Positions 1 through 11,742 of a stretch of 64,000 bases of DNA are shown one piece after another. The notes below the pieces were generated by a model that was given only the letters and a program-made list of their open reading frames with translations, was not told the origin of the DNA and made no database searches. Made by a program: the position numbers and the translations under genes. Each line of letters begins with the position of its first letter. Position 1 is the first letter of the stretch. Source of the DNA: Rhizophagus irregularis (lineage: Eukaryota); NCBI RefSeq assembly GCF_026210795.1, contig NC_089434.1:2790001-2854000 (forward strand), given 5' to 3'.

Positions 1-1199
1 ATATCGAAATAATATATACAGATTATTATTATTCTCTCGTCCAATAAAATTTTTTCATTTTTCGTTTGATTCAAATATTTCAAATATTATGTTATTTCTC
101 GTTCAATACATAAAAAAAAAGATTAAATTCGGTTGGAACGCCGGATATATTTTATTATTCAAGAGAAAATATAAAATTCAATAATGATTTTTATAATTTA
201 TGAATCTTATAAAAATTCTTTAAATATTAATTCACATGAGAATATCTTAAGTAATTTGATATTAATTAGTCGACAAATAACTGACCCTCGTTTTTTTAAA
301 AAAAAAAAAATACAACAGAATGAGTAAAACTTTCGGATTATAATGACATAAATTAATTACAAATGTATGATGAGTCACTGTACGCCACAAAAAAAAGCAA
401 TGTAACAGATATTTATTTTAACTGTTCTTTTTTGTTGCTTCTGTAATAATTATTCTATTTTTTGCGGGAAATTATTTTTCCGATGTCCTTATTTTAGTTA
501 ATCGGCTTATTTGCATTTGTAACACCAACAGATGTTATTTAAACTCTTGACAGATAACTATAGATGGGTATTTCTTATTATCCTAAAGAAGGTTAACTGA
601 TTCATTGAAGCATATAATCTCCCATGAATATAACAAACAAAACATCTTGTGTCATATATTTAAAGTTTAAGGCATTTTCTAATGCCGTGAGAAACTTCGT
701 AATGTCGTCATATTCTAACTACTCTTTAAATTATCAACAGATAATTTTAACAGATAAATAACCACTTAAACGGTTGCATGATTTCTCAGCCCACAATTAT
801 TAATAATTGTGGAAATGAATTTTTTTTTATTCAGTTGCTAATTTTATAAAGACTTATGGTTACACGTAAGTTTGATTTATTGGCGTACAAAGTCAACTTT
901 TTTTGGTGGGAATATTTTTTTTGTTTCATTTATTTTGTTGATATTTAATATCAACAATGAGATTTTTAATTTATTATCGTTTTTGTTTGCCCCAAAAAAT
1001 TGCCAATCTCCTTTTTAAATGAAATATCTGTAGAAAATAATTAATAATAATCAGTTATCACTCATTCATCTGTTTATCAATGAAATTAATGAAATTAAAA
1101 AGGAAAGTTTAATTACTCACATTGCGTAATAAAAGATAAAAAAAATTACTATAAAATACTTTAAAAAGTTCCATCCTAAAAAATATTCTGAAAATAAAT

Positions 1200-1781
1200 A
1201 TGGACCAAAGTAATCCTTCACATACTAACTCCAATCCTTTGTCTAACGATTACTTTATGAAGGAACAACAAATTTCATATAATACGTTTAATGACTCCTT
1301 TTCAGTAACGGAAAATGATGTATGGGTTCCACCCTATACAACTACCGATTACGAACAATCTATTCCATCAGCTATTCCATCAAACGAACATAATTACCCC
1401 ATGCAATCCTATCCTACCTACGAACCGTATCATAATGTTAATGAACAGAATACTGGTCAAATTCCCCAAAATCTCACTCAAAATGTACATAATTTTCATC
1501 AAATAAACCACTTTAGATTTGAAATTCCCGGATTTGAAATTATCGTTAGACCTAATAACAATTTGGACATGCAAAATCAATTACAGGACTATGATACTAC
1601 TACCTATTGGAATTCATCACTGGTTCAACAGGAGTTTCAACGACATCAACAACAATTTCCACAATTTTATCAACAACAATTCCCACAATTTCAACATCAA
1701 CAATTCTCACAATTTCAAAATTCTCCCGATTTAAATAACTCGAATGAATTAATACCAATTACAAATAATATAAATTTTTAA
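1200..1781 (+). CDS. Hypothetical Q/N/P-rich protein (193 aa, single exon)
   Basis: Open 193-codon frame with ATG in an AAAT context. It is mostly low complexity, with one hydrophobic strand-like motif (FRFEIPGFEIIVRP) and about four copies of a 21-nt QQ(Q)FPQF repeat at about 1646-1720. Confidence 0.7.
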   Translation: MDQSNPSHTNSNPLSNDYFMKEQQISYNTFNDSFSVTENDVWVPPYTTTDYEQSIPSAIPSNEHNYPMQSYPTYEPYHNVNEQNTGQIPQNLTQNVHNFHQINHFRFEIPGFEIIVRPNNNLDMQNQLQDYDTTTYWNSSLVQQEFQRHQQQFPQFYQQQFPQFQHQQFSQFQNSPDLNNSNELIPITNNINF

Positions 1782-2261
1782 TAATATAATATAATGTATG
1801 ATATTTCTAATTAATTTATTTTTTTTTCTTTTTTTTTTTATTTGTCGATATCTTTATTTTTTTTCAAGTTTAGCGTTCCAGGAGATTTTATTGAGTGATA
1901 TCAGAATATTCAGTTGTTCTATATTTCCATGTAATTTAAATTTAATAAAATATTTATAAAATGCGTAAGGATTATAAGCTATAAATGAATTAAATTTGAG
2001 TATTTTTTTTTTACTTGTGACGTAAATGATAAAATGTTTTTAATAAACGTTTTTTTTCCTTATAATATCCGTGTTAGATAGAACAGTCAATTTATAAACT
2101 CCATATATTTATTTAATAAAAACTAGGAAACGGTAAAATTGCGATTTTGTTGGCTGGCGATCACGTGAATGGGCTATTATGTCCTTCGACCTTCGCTTAC
2201 AGCAAGACTGCTAACTGTAAAAATCAAACATTTCAAAACGGTGAATTCAATACTGATGTTT

Positions 2262-2373
2262 CCCTATAAAAAAATTTTCAGAAAAATTGATCACATGTCT
2301 GAGTTTCTTCGGAATAAAAAACTAGAAAAATGATCATTTATCGGAGTTTTTTCCAGAATTTTTTTTTGTAGGG
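2262..2373. mobile_element. CCC-ended MITE family 1 (CMC/CACTA-like), copy 1
   Basis: TIRs CCCTATAAAAAAATT / AATTTTTTTTTGTAGGG with a 3-bp TSD (TTT). An inverted copy lies at 6809-6918. Confidence 0.8.
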
Positions 2374-2879
2374 TTTGAACGAAACTAACGAATATAATAA
2401 TATATTAATTTAAGATAATTTATGAAATTAAATAAGCATGGATATGCATGTCAAATGATCTAATAACCCTATTTAAACTCCCTGCAATATTTTTTTGATC
2501 AGCGCGAATAATTTTAGGGTTTGTTATGATTACGCGTAACCGTAACATAGCATTTATGTAACCACATGATCACAATAATGATAATCTAGAATGTGTATTA
2601 TTTATAAAATTAATTTACAGTAAGCATAAACCTGTTTCACTGTTTTTTGTATACTATTATAGTTAAATGAACGTCTTTGTTGTTCCTTTTACCTTTTTTG
2701 CCCATAACTATTTATAAAAAAAAATTTATCTTTTTTCGTATATTCATTGAACTAAATTTGTTGTATGAATTTTTTAAACAAATAATAACATGGTTTTTGT
2801 TTTATAGTTTGTACAAATAATTTTTTTTTTTCCAAATAAAAGTCGGAATAACGTGATACTCCTTCATGTGTGTTTCTTA

Positions 2880-4160
2880 TGCATAAATTTAAAGCAACAT
2901 TACTTTATTTTGATGTTAGCTTTAAAATGTTTCAACTTTAACTTTATTACACTACAGTTTCCATAATAGGTAAGAAAAGAAGGCTCAGCCAAATTTATAA
3001 ACATGGAATGTTTTTGCTTCCATTTTGTTTTCCTTGAACATCGTTCTTTATAAAGTATGAAACAATTTCTCCTTTGAATAAATGAAAAAAAAAATTTTTT
3101 TTTATTTTTTTTTTGGTGTGTACAGTGTGTATATGACATAATCAACAGGACTGAGCATCGAAATTATTTAATTAAAATCAGATCTATGCATATAAAATCA
3201 CAGATACGGAATAAATCGTATTTAACCTTTCAGTCATTTCGGATAAAAATCATTGCATTTGATGGTGTGTTTTGTAACATAGTAACCCCCTTTTTGCATG
3301 GTAATCAGATGTCACCATAATTCCGGTCAAAATCACTATAATGCAGGCTAGGATATTTGAGTGTTTAATTACGTAACTATAGATATTTCAAATAAGGAAG
3401 GTAAATGTACTTCTTAAAATAGTTATATTTACATAACTACAAAAACAACATATATTACAATTTGGCGAAAATTAAGTTTAAGCTTAACCATGTTTCAAAC
3501 TTTAACTTTTTTTTTTTTTTACTATTACATAATAATTAGAAATATTTCAGCCAAATTTGATAATCATGGAATGTTTACTTCTATTTCGTCTTCTCATTCT
3601 ATGTAAGATTGGAATGAAACAAACTTTATTTTAAATAAAAAAAAGATTTTTTTTTTTTTTGACGATGCACACAAGGAGATCCATGAAAAAGAAACAGATA
3701 CGAAACATTTCAAGGCACACATGACTTTTGTGGCTGTTGTGACACCAATTTCTTAGAAATTTATCTGTGCATGATACAAATAAAGTGAACTTTAGAAATA
3801 CCTTTTTTTACACGTAATTCCGGCCAATATTACTATTATAGTTTCAATCAAAATTGGCAGAGATATATTAAGACATGGTAACCAGGGGTTAAGTAATTTG
3901 TAAGTATTACGAACAGTAACCTAATTTTTTTTTAGTAAAGTATTTCTTAATGTATTAGCTACGTGCATAAATGTAAAATATCATCATTATAAAGTTATTT
4001 TAAGCTTAAACATGTTTCAAACTTTAATCACATAATAAGTAAATTTACTTCAGCCAAATTAATAACGTGATAATATCTTGTTTCTGTTCTAATTCTTCGT
4101 CTGAAATGAAACAATTTCTCCTTTGTATGAAAAAAAAGAGATTTTTTTTTTTAGCGGTGT
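2880..4160. repeat. Three degenerate tandem copies of a roughly 550-bp non-coding unit
   Basis: Shared blocks ATGTTTCAA(A)CTTTAA (about 2927, 3490, 4012), TCAGCCAAATT (about 2985, 3547, 4049) and TGAAACAA followed by A- and T-runs recur in the same order. Confidence 0.7.
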
Positions 4161-4455
4161 TTTCTGATTGAATATCTCCGGATATTTCCTAAATTAGATC
4201 AAATGGTGGAAAATGACTAATATTATAATCATATGACAGGATATTTATACTAATAATCTTTCTTACCTTATAAAAATTTCTCTAAGTTTATAATATAAAA
4301 GTTACTTTATTTAACGTTGCTGTCACTGAAAAAATAAAGAAAATTACAATGAATGATAAAAAAAGTATCTGGGTTTTAACAGTGATTTATAAAGAAGGGT
4401 TTTTCATATTTGGTGATTAAACACTTCCATTATTTAATCAATTGGTTTTTGTTTT

Positions 4456-4624
4456 CCCTGTAAAAAAAAAAAGTCGATCCGTTTTTTTATATTTCATCTT
4501 TTTTCCGTAAAAGCTCATATTTCCGGAATTAATAATCTTATATTGCCGAATCTTATACATTTTCCGTAAAAGGTTCATTTTTACGGAGTTTTTACGGAAA
4601 TAATAGATGAAATTTTTTATATGG
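4456..4624. mobile_element. CCC-ended MITE family 2, copy 1
   Basis: CCCTGTAAAAAA...TTTTTTATATGG flanked by TTT. Same internal sequence as 9187-9367 and about 41412-41592. Confidence 0.7.
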
Positions 4625-4902
4625 TTTCGAAATCAACAGAATATCATGAAACTACAAAAGTGAATTCAAGTCATATGCTAAATGTTTATATTGTTTCAAG
4701 TTGTTTTACTGCTAAGTGCTAACTGACGTTAACGTTTGATCTGCACGTTTGAAAAATTTTTTTTATTCAAATCAAGTATTTTGATCGTCAATCAAAAAAA
4801 AAAACCGTGAAAAATTAAAATATAAAGACATTGAAAACCCTTTTTCCTCTTTCTCACTTAACGATAACAACAAATTCCGTCATTTTTTTAAAAAAAAGAA
4901 AT

Positions 4903-5732
4903 ATGACATATGGAAAGTGTAATTACCGAAATTTACAAACTGGTGTTAAATGTGGATGTCTTAGATCTCGTGTCCAGTCCATTAATGATCATTCATGCAA
5001 AGCCTGTAAACACGATCTGAACTATCATGAAATCAATCAACACCAAACATCGAAAAGTTTTGCCAACTTGAAAAATAATTGTAAAAATAAAATCTATTCA
5101 CACAAAAAGTTTAATATTACTTTCAAGTTGATCAATATAGTTGGTGAAAAACCAAACCAAAAAGTACCTAGAGAGTAAATATACATACATATAATTTTCA
5201 TTTGTTATTTGTTTCAGTTTCTTATCAATTTTATCAATTATTATTAAAATTTACCATAATATAAAATTTTAAAAGTGTTAAAAAATCGGGTAAAATGAAA
5301 TCAATTTGCTTTACTGAAGATTCAAATATTGGAATAAAAAATGTAGTTGAATCATCATTTCCTCACTTTATGAACAAGCGTTGGCAATTTTTCCGTCTCC
5401 GTCGTACGTCAATATCAGATCTTGAGATCGCTTGTGAACCAAACCTTGGATGGAGTATCGATGCATTAAAAAGGTAAACAAATTAAATTTTTGTTGTTGT
5501 CTTTGCTGTCATTTATTTTATTAAAATTTAAAATTCTATAATTTTTATCAGTATTGCTTGTACTAGGAGGAAATTGTATGTAGGAATTGTACATGAGCCG
5601 ATTCAAATGACTTCCTCGTTAATTTATCAACCAATTCGATCAGATAATATAACTTCGGAAGTATCAGGCATCGGTTTTGAACAATTCTTACAACAAAATT
5701 TAATGTCACTAGATATGGAATTCGCCATGTGA
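4903..5732 (+). CDS. Cys-rich N-terminus / conserved C-terminal domain family, member X1 (216 aa; exons 4903-5174, 5276-5473, 5552-5732)
   Basis: GT-AG introns join three frames without stops. The N-terminus reads C-x10-C-x-C-x12-C-x2-C-x-H-x4-H. The C-terminal domain includes IKNVVESSFPHFMNKRWQFFR, DLEIACEP, GWSIDALK and RRKLYVG. Confidence 0.8.
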
Positions 5733-6808
5733 TGACGCGAAAAATTAATTTACTCATAAATTCAAGTAAATATTTTTGAAATTGTCAATATATATATATA
5801 TGGTATATTATTCTACAACAAACCTGTTGGATTAACTATGCATCCTTTTCTCTGCTTATAGATCTTCTAAAAATCGAAAGTCGTCTGGCGCATAGTTTTG
5901 ATTATTACGATATATCTATATTTAATTTATTTTCAATTATTGTTAAAAAATGTTTAAATGTAATAGTTTTTATGTATTCATTCAGCTATTTAGTTCAAAA
6001 ATAAATTGGTATAATACAAAACATTTAATATTTATTGAACGTATTTTTTTTTTTATACAAATTGAATGTTAAAGAATGGTTGTAAAATCTAAAAGACGAA
6101 TTAAAATCATTTACTCATTAAAATAAGAAAAAATACATATATAGAAGTGAATTCAATATATTTTTGTTTTTGTTCTGTCTACGTATCACGAACTTAATTT
6201 TTAATTTGATGCACGCAATTTTTTTGTGTAACCTTTTTACCAATAGATCTTCGGATCAAATGATATTTATGGTCATAGTTTATCCACATGGATTACATCA
6301 AGATATTAAACAAAGAGAACTTCCTTTTAAATCTTGTGCGGCAATAAAATAATTTTGTAAATTATGAGAGACTTTGTTTCTATACAGTCCTGCATTATAA
6401 ACATAAACATGTGTGTCTCGATGACGTTTGTGCATCTGATCGACATTTGTTTTTTTTTTGGTATACTTGTGCGTTGCAAGATTACGCAATAATTTGGTCT
6501 GCCAAATAATATATATCGCTATTTGTAATGTATACATAATAACTAACTGATATTTTACAAAAAATATTTTACAAAAATGTTCAATTAACGTGGTATAACA
6601 TTGTTAAAGAGAAAGTAACGCTTAGTGAGCCAAATTATAAACTAAACCGGAATATTGGGAATACAAATGCCGAAATGCGATAATTTCAATAGAACTGATA
6701 TCATCCTGCTCAACAAAGAAAATATTTATAAGAGAGATTCACAATTTATATATTTCTTGAATTCCGCTATTAAGTCAATAGAATTGAAAATTTATGACAA
6801 GAAACAAG

Positions 6809-6918
6809 CCCTATAAAAAATTTTCTGGGAAAAATTCCGATAAATGATCATTTTTTTTAGTTTTCATTCCAAAAAAACTCCGATATGTGATCAATTTTTT
6901 AAAAAATTTTTTATAGGG
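6809..6918. mobile_element. CCC-ended MITE family 1, copy 2
   Basis: CCCTATAAAAAATTTT / AAAATTTTTTATAGGG with a 3-bp TSD (AAG). Reverse complement of 2262-2373. Confidence 0.85.
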
Positions 6919-6929
6919 AAGGTATAGAC

Positions 6930-7620
6930 GGAACACATAATTCTGTAATTCAACATTTAAATATTATACAAGAACATACAACAGCAAATAATACAATTAT
7001 GCAAACTATGTAACAGTTGTGATTTGACAAATTATACGACACAATCTACAACAAAAAATTGTCATATAATGATGAATGCGGTTCTTAACGACGAAAATAA
7101 TAAATTTTAATTTATCGACTTGAATGATATATCTTATCAGTTTCGCCGGTCAGTCTAATTATAGTCGATTACATATAATTGATACATACAATGATCGCAT
7201 CGAAAGACAAATTTTTAATAATAACATGATTATAAACTAGTTGATAGCTCACACAATAGAAATAATTTATTACAATCAAATATGAAAGATTGGAATAGAA
7301 GAACAAATTGAGATATATACAGACGGTTCAGTTCACGACCTTGGTAAGGAACATTGTTCGTTTTATTATAGTCAAAAATGGTCGAATAGAACATCAATTT
7401 ATTTTGACAACAGAGTATTGACCATCACCAAATAAATCAGAAACATTCGCTCTATCTTCTTACTACAATTTTAGTTTTACCTAGAATGACGATTAATACA
7501 AATTCACAAAATGTAATAAATGGATACTATAATAATATTCATAATAACTATTTTACATTATCTCCAAGGAAATTATTTAAAATATCACATAGTAATCATA
7601 TATATGGAACGATTGGAACG
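6930..7620 (+). mobile_element. Decayed non-LTR retrotransposon (RNase H) remnant; boundaries approximate
   Basis: About 7299-7360 translates EEQIEIYTDGSVHDLGKEHCS, which contains the first RNase H motif (YTDGS). The surrounding frames are broken by stops. Confidence 0.55.
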
Positions 7621-9186
7621 TCGTTCTGAACGTATATATGCAGATCATTGATCACGTGCCCGGATGGACGAACATTTGATGTCCTCCGCTCTGCTTCGGA
7701 CAATAAAGTAATGCATTCATCGTGAAATTTTTAGGTGACCCATATAATTCCATATAGATTAGTTCAGGAATTCCATACATTCTCATATATCAGGGTATTT
7801 GGAACTATTCATATTTCCACAATATTTGATATGGATTTCCATGTGGATTTTTCCTGATGTAATAATTTAAGATTTTTACAAAAACAATAAACCGGTACTC
7901 TCTTCAATTGGAGTCACATGCATGATTAGTATTGGTCGTGAAATTTTAAAAAATCACGTGAAATTCAGTGAACATCATTGGTTATCAAGGCTATACTGTT
8001 ATAAATGCCCATTTGCGTTCAGCAGATGTTGGTGGCGTTAGTGATGGAAGTGCTGGAGGAAATGGTGATGGTGGTGAAGATGGTGGAGATGGGAGGTGAG
8101 ATGTTACTTTTTTTTCTTTGGCTAGAATGAATACAGCCAACTATGAATGTTGGCTCAAACTAGTCGAAACAAACAATCTAATTTCTGTAGATAATGGAAT
8201 ACTTTTGTATCAGGAATATAAAGAAAAACCCAAAAAACAAAGATTAGAGATGGTTAAAAATATATGAGCTGGAGGAGGTGGTGTAGACATCACTATACCT
8301 GCAATTCGATAAACAAATCCATTATATTAATTTATAAATTAGATTCCAATTTCCAACGCTTAATAACGAAATGAGTTATCATTTTCAAGCACATCGATGA
8401 ATACAGCAGAAAGATTTTACTTAACCCATAAATATGGAAAAATCTAATTTTTGTATCATTAAAACCATTACAATTATATTGGATATTGATTATAAAATTG
8501 GGAATAAAAAAATTTTCATGTACAATATTTCTTCGTAAATTATTTTAATTTTATGCTTCATCATTTTAAACAATTGATAATGTAATTTTAAATTGAATGC
8601 TAAACTAGGTAACAGGAACCGTTGGAGTCTGAAACGTTCAAAAGTGTATCACTAAAATATAAAATATCTAAAATTTAAAAATTATTGTAATTACATTTTT
8701 TTAAATAACAAGCGATCAAGTAATGCGATTGGTAACACACGCGCGTGAAGTCGTGGACAGACATTGCATGTGATCTACGCTCCAGACGGTAAGATTTTCA
8801 TACAGAAAATCGATGAATGCTCATAGTTGAAATTAAAATACACAAACGTTACAAACTGTGTAAAAGTAATACATGTAGAAATCTCAAGAAAGAATAAGCT
8901 AAAAAAAACTACATATTTATTAATGTAAAAAATGAGTACACATTGTATGCATATAAGATTTTTCACCTTATTTCATGTAGTTATGGAATGCCAAAAATTA
9001 TTAAATGAAATTAAAAAGCATTTGGCATTGACATGTAAAAATTATATCATGTGCAGAAAATTTTAAAAAGAAATTGTAAAGTTATATTGTTTATTAGCAA
9101 TGACAGACCGGGACAATATAAAGTGGTTATCTTTTATTAGTTAAATTCTCTTGAGCGTTTTTCTTAAAGAATTTTTGTAAGTTCCA

Positions 9187-9367
9187 CCCGTAAAAAAGTC
9201 GATCCGTTTTTTATATTCCATCTTTTCCGTAAAAGGCTCACATTTCCAGAATTAATAACCTTAAATCACGGAATTTATCGAATTATTCACATTTTCCGTG
9301 AATGGATCGTGAAAGGCTTATTTTTACGGAGTTTTTTCAGAAATAACGGATAAAATTTTTTATGGGG
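9187..9367. mobile_element. CCC-ended MITE family 2, copy 2
   Basis: CCCGTAAAAAA...TTTTTTATGGGG with a 3-bp TSD (CCA). Confidence 0.8.
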
Positions 9368-9795
9368 CCATAGTTAAAGAAATTTGAAAGAGAAGAAAAA
9401 CGTGTCAAAGATAAAACGATGTCATTATTTGTCAAAAATTCCAATTCCGGAGTTAACGTAATAACTGAATTCGCTTAACCGGGGTCGGAAAATCTTTATT
9501 GTTCCCGCCAAAGCAGGCACCTGATCTTAATCTTGCGAATCAGGTTTTTATAATCAAGCGAATCAGTTTACAAACACCTTAAAAAAGTTAATAGTAATGC
9601 GAATCATTGTTTATCAACCACTTTATTTATTTATCAAAAACTTTTAAGAGAAAATCACGTGAAGAAGGAGAATTAAAAAATAGAAATAGTTTCATCATCT
9701 ACTGAAATTAAGTGATTTTCTACATTTGTATATGAACGCATACCCAAAAATAAACCACTTCATGTGGAGTAATATGAATTGTAATATCTCCTATT

Positions 9796-10288
9796 TAGGG
9801 ATTAGAATCGATTTAATCGAAAATCGAATCTTAAGAATCGATTAAAGATTCGATTTGGCGATTCGATTTTCGATTAATCGAATCTAAATCGAATTTATAA
9901 TTGCGTCGGAGTCACGTGACATTACACAAATTTCCAAAAAAGGAAATTTTGCTCCCCGGAAATTTCGGAAGATCACGAAATTTTTGTTACACTGGTTTCC
10001 AAAAATGGAAATTTTATGCCGATCACTTAATTCTGGCCGGAATTAAGGAATTAAGATTTTAATGGTGAAATTTATGTTAATCATCAATGTTGATCATTTT
10101 TCAGCAATTTTGATAATTCCTTTTTACCATAACGTAGTTATAGAAATGACATGACTACTTTTATTGCACCATAATATAAAAATAATTGATTTATTGAGAT
10201 TTGATTTTTAGATTCAATTAATCGATTTTACTAGATACGATTCGATTTTCGATTAATTCGATTTTGGTAGAATCGATTCCAATCCCTA
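9796..10288. mobile_element. hAT-like MITE (TAGGGATT ends)
   Basis: TIRs TAGGGATTAGAATCGATT / AATCGATTCCAATCCCTA, a perfect 8-bp TSD (CTCCTATT) and many subterminal TCGATT/AATCGA motifs. Confidence 0.92.
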
Positions 10289-10440
10289 CTCCTATTGAAT
10301 TTTCACATGAAAAAAAGCGATGCGTCACTTGCATATAAATCTTAATAAATTATCCAAAAATCCTGCTGGTTTTCAACCCATGCAATCATACATGTCGTTG
10401 TCCACTACATTGTAATAACTTTTTCCCAAACATATAATAT

Positions 10441-11566
10441 TGGGGTATCTAATATCAAGCTAACCCCACAAGCATATTAGTAGCTGCATAATGAAAATCA
10501 TTAGTGAAGATTTTTCGCGATGAAATTTCGAAATTTTTTTTACTAATAAATTACTGCTAAAAATGACTTTTGCGAAAAATTTTATTTCTCGTGATCTGAC
10601 AAGTTTTTATTACTTTTAACCTTATTGAATATAATTCTTTGACCGTGTTTTTACTTAATTAGAGAAGCAAATTTTAGTTATATTTAATATTTGCAAATTT
10701 ATTTTTTACGCCAAACTAAGAAAGTATTTAAGATATCTTGTGCATTCTCTAATGAACTTTCTAAAGAATTATCTCTTCTATTAGAATTTCTCATTTCTTT
10801 CCGAATATGATGAAGTTTGTCTTGAGTTACTTTCTCAATTCTATTGTTAATACCAGAAATTTGGATTCGTGCTTGTTAAAATTTTGTGCCCATATTCGGG
10901 TGTATTTTAATACCATAGCAATTAAATAAACCTTCGAGTTGTTGTTGGTGGATTACAATGCTGTAAATTCAATATTTTATGAATTTCATAAACTAATGGA
11001 AATTTCCATGGCTCTTGTCCATCCGAATTTGCGAAGTTATTAAACTGGTCAAAGAAATAGTAAACCGAAAGTATTTTGATTTTGGTCCACTATATCTTGC
11101 TGCAAATATTTGACATTAATTTGTGACGATAGCCTAGAAAATTTTTCCTTTGGCGCATATTTTTTAATTGTATTTTTCGTTTGCTATTTCGACTCATTTT
11201 TAAATTTAAATTTTAAAAGAGAAAGATAAGTTGCTTTTATTATTAAGTTGATTTAAGCTTGCTTAAACTTTATAGTATAAAGTTTAAATAATACACAAAA
11301 ATATACCCAGATTGCCAACAAAGTTAAATTATTAAAATTTGCTTCTCTAATTAAGTAAAAACATGTTCAAAGAATTATATTCAATAAGGTTAAAAGTAAT
11401 AAAAACTTGTCAGATCACAAGAAATAAAATTTTTCGCAAAAGTAATTTTTAGCAGTAATTTATTAGTAAAAAAAATTTCGAAATTTCATCGCAAAAAATC
11501 TTCACTAATGATTTTCATTATGCAGCTACTAATATGTTTGTGGTTAGCTTGATATTAGATACCCCA
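10441..11566. mobile_element. Non-autonomous Mutator-like element with about 245-bp TIRs
   Basis: 10441-about 10687 is the near-perfect reverse complement of about 11325-11566 (TGGGGTATCTAATATCAAGC...). 9-bp TSD ATATAATAT. Confidence 0.9.
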
Positions 11567-11742
11567 ATATAATATGATTGGAATAAACTATTAAGAATCC
11601 ATTTTTGTATAAAGGATTAATATCAGAAACATTGGCCAAACCAAGATTTGTTATAAATAAATTATATAATTAATAAAATAAATTTTTACAATACAAAATA
11701 AAAATGTAACAATCACCTAAATTATAATTTTTAGATAATGTC

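Larger units (their letters stand above)
4285..6430 (+). repeat. Segmental duplication, copy 1 (copy 2 at about 41276-44385)
   Basis: Collinear high similarity across promoter, exons, introns and 3' flank with 41276-44385, which carries extra insertions. Confidence 0.92.

Noticed and set aside
7990..8660. Pro/Ser-rich minus-strand coding-like tract
   Set aside because: Many stops and no recognisable domain. It may be a relic but cannot be supported.
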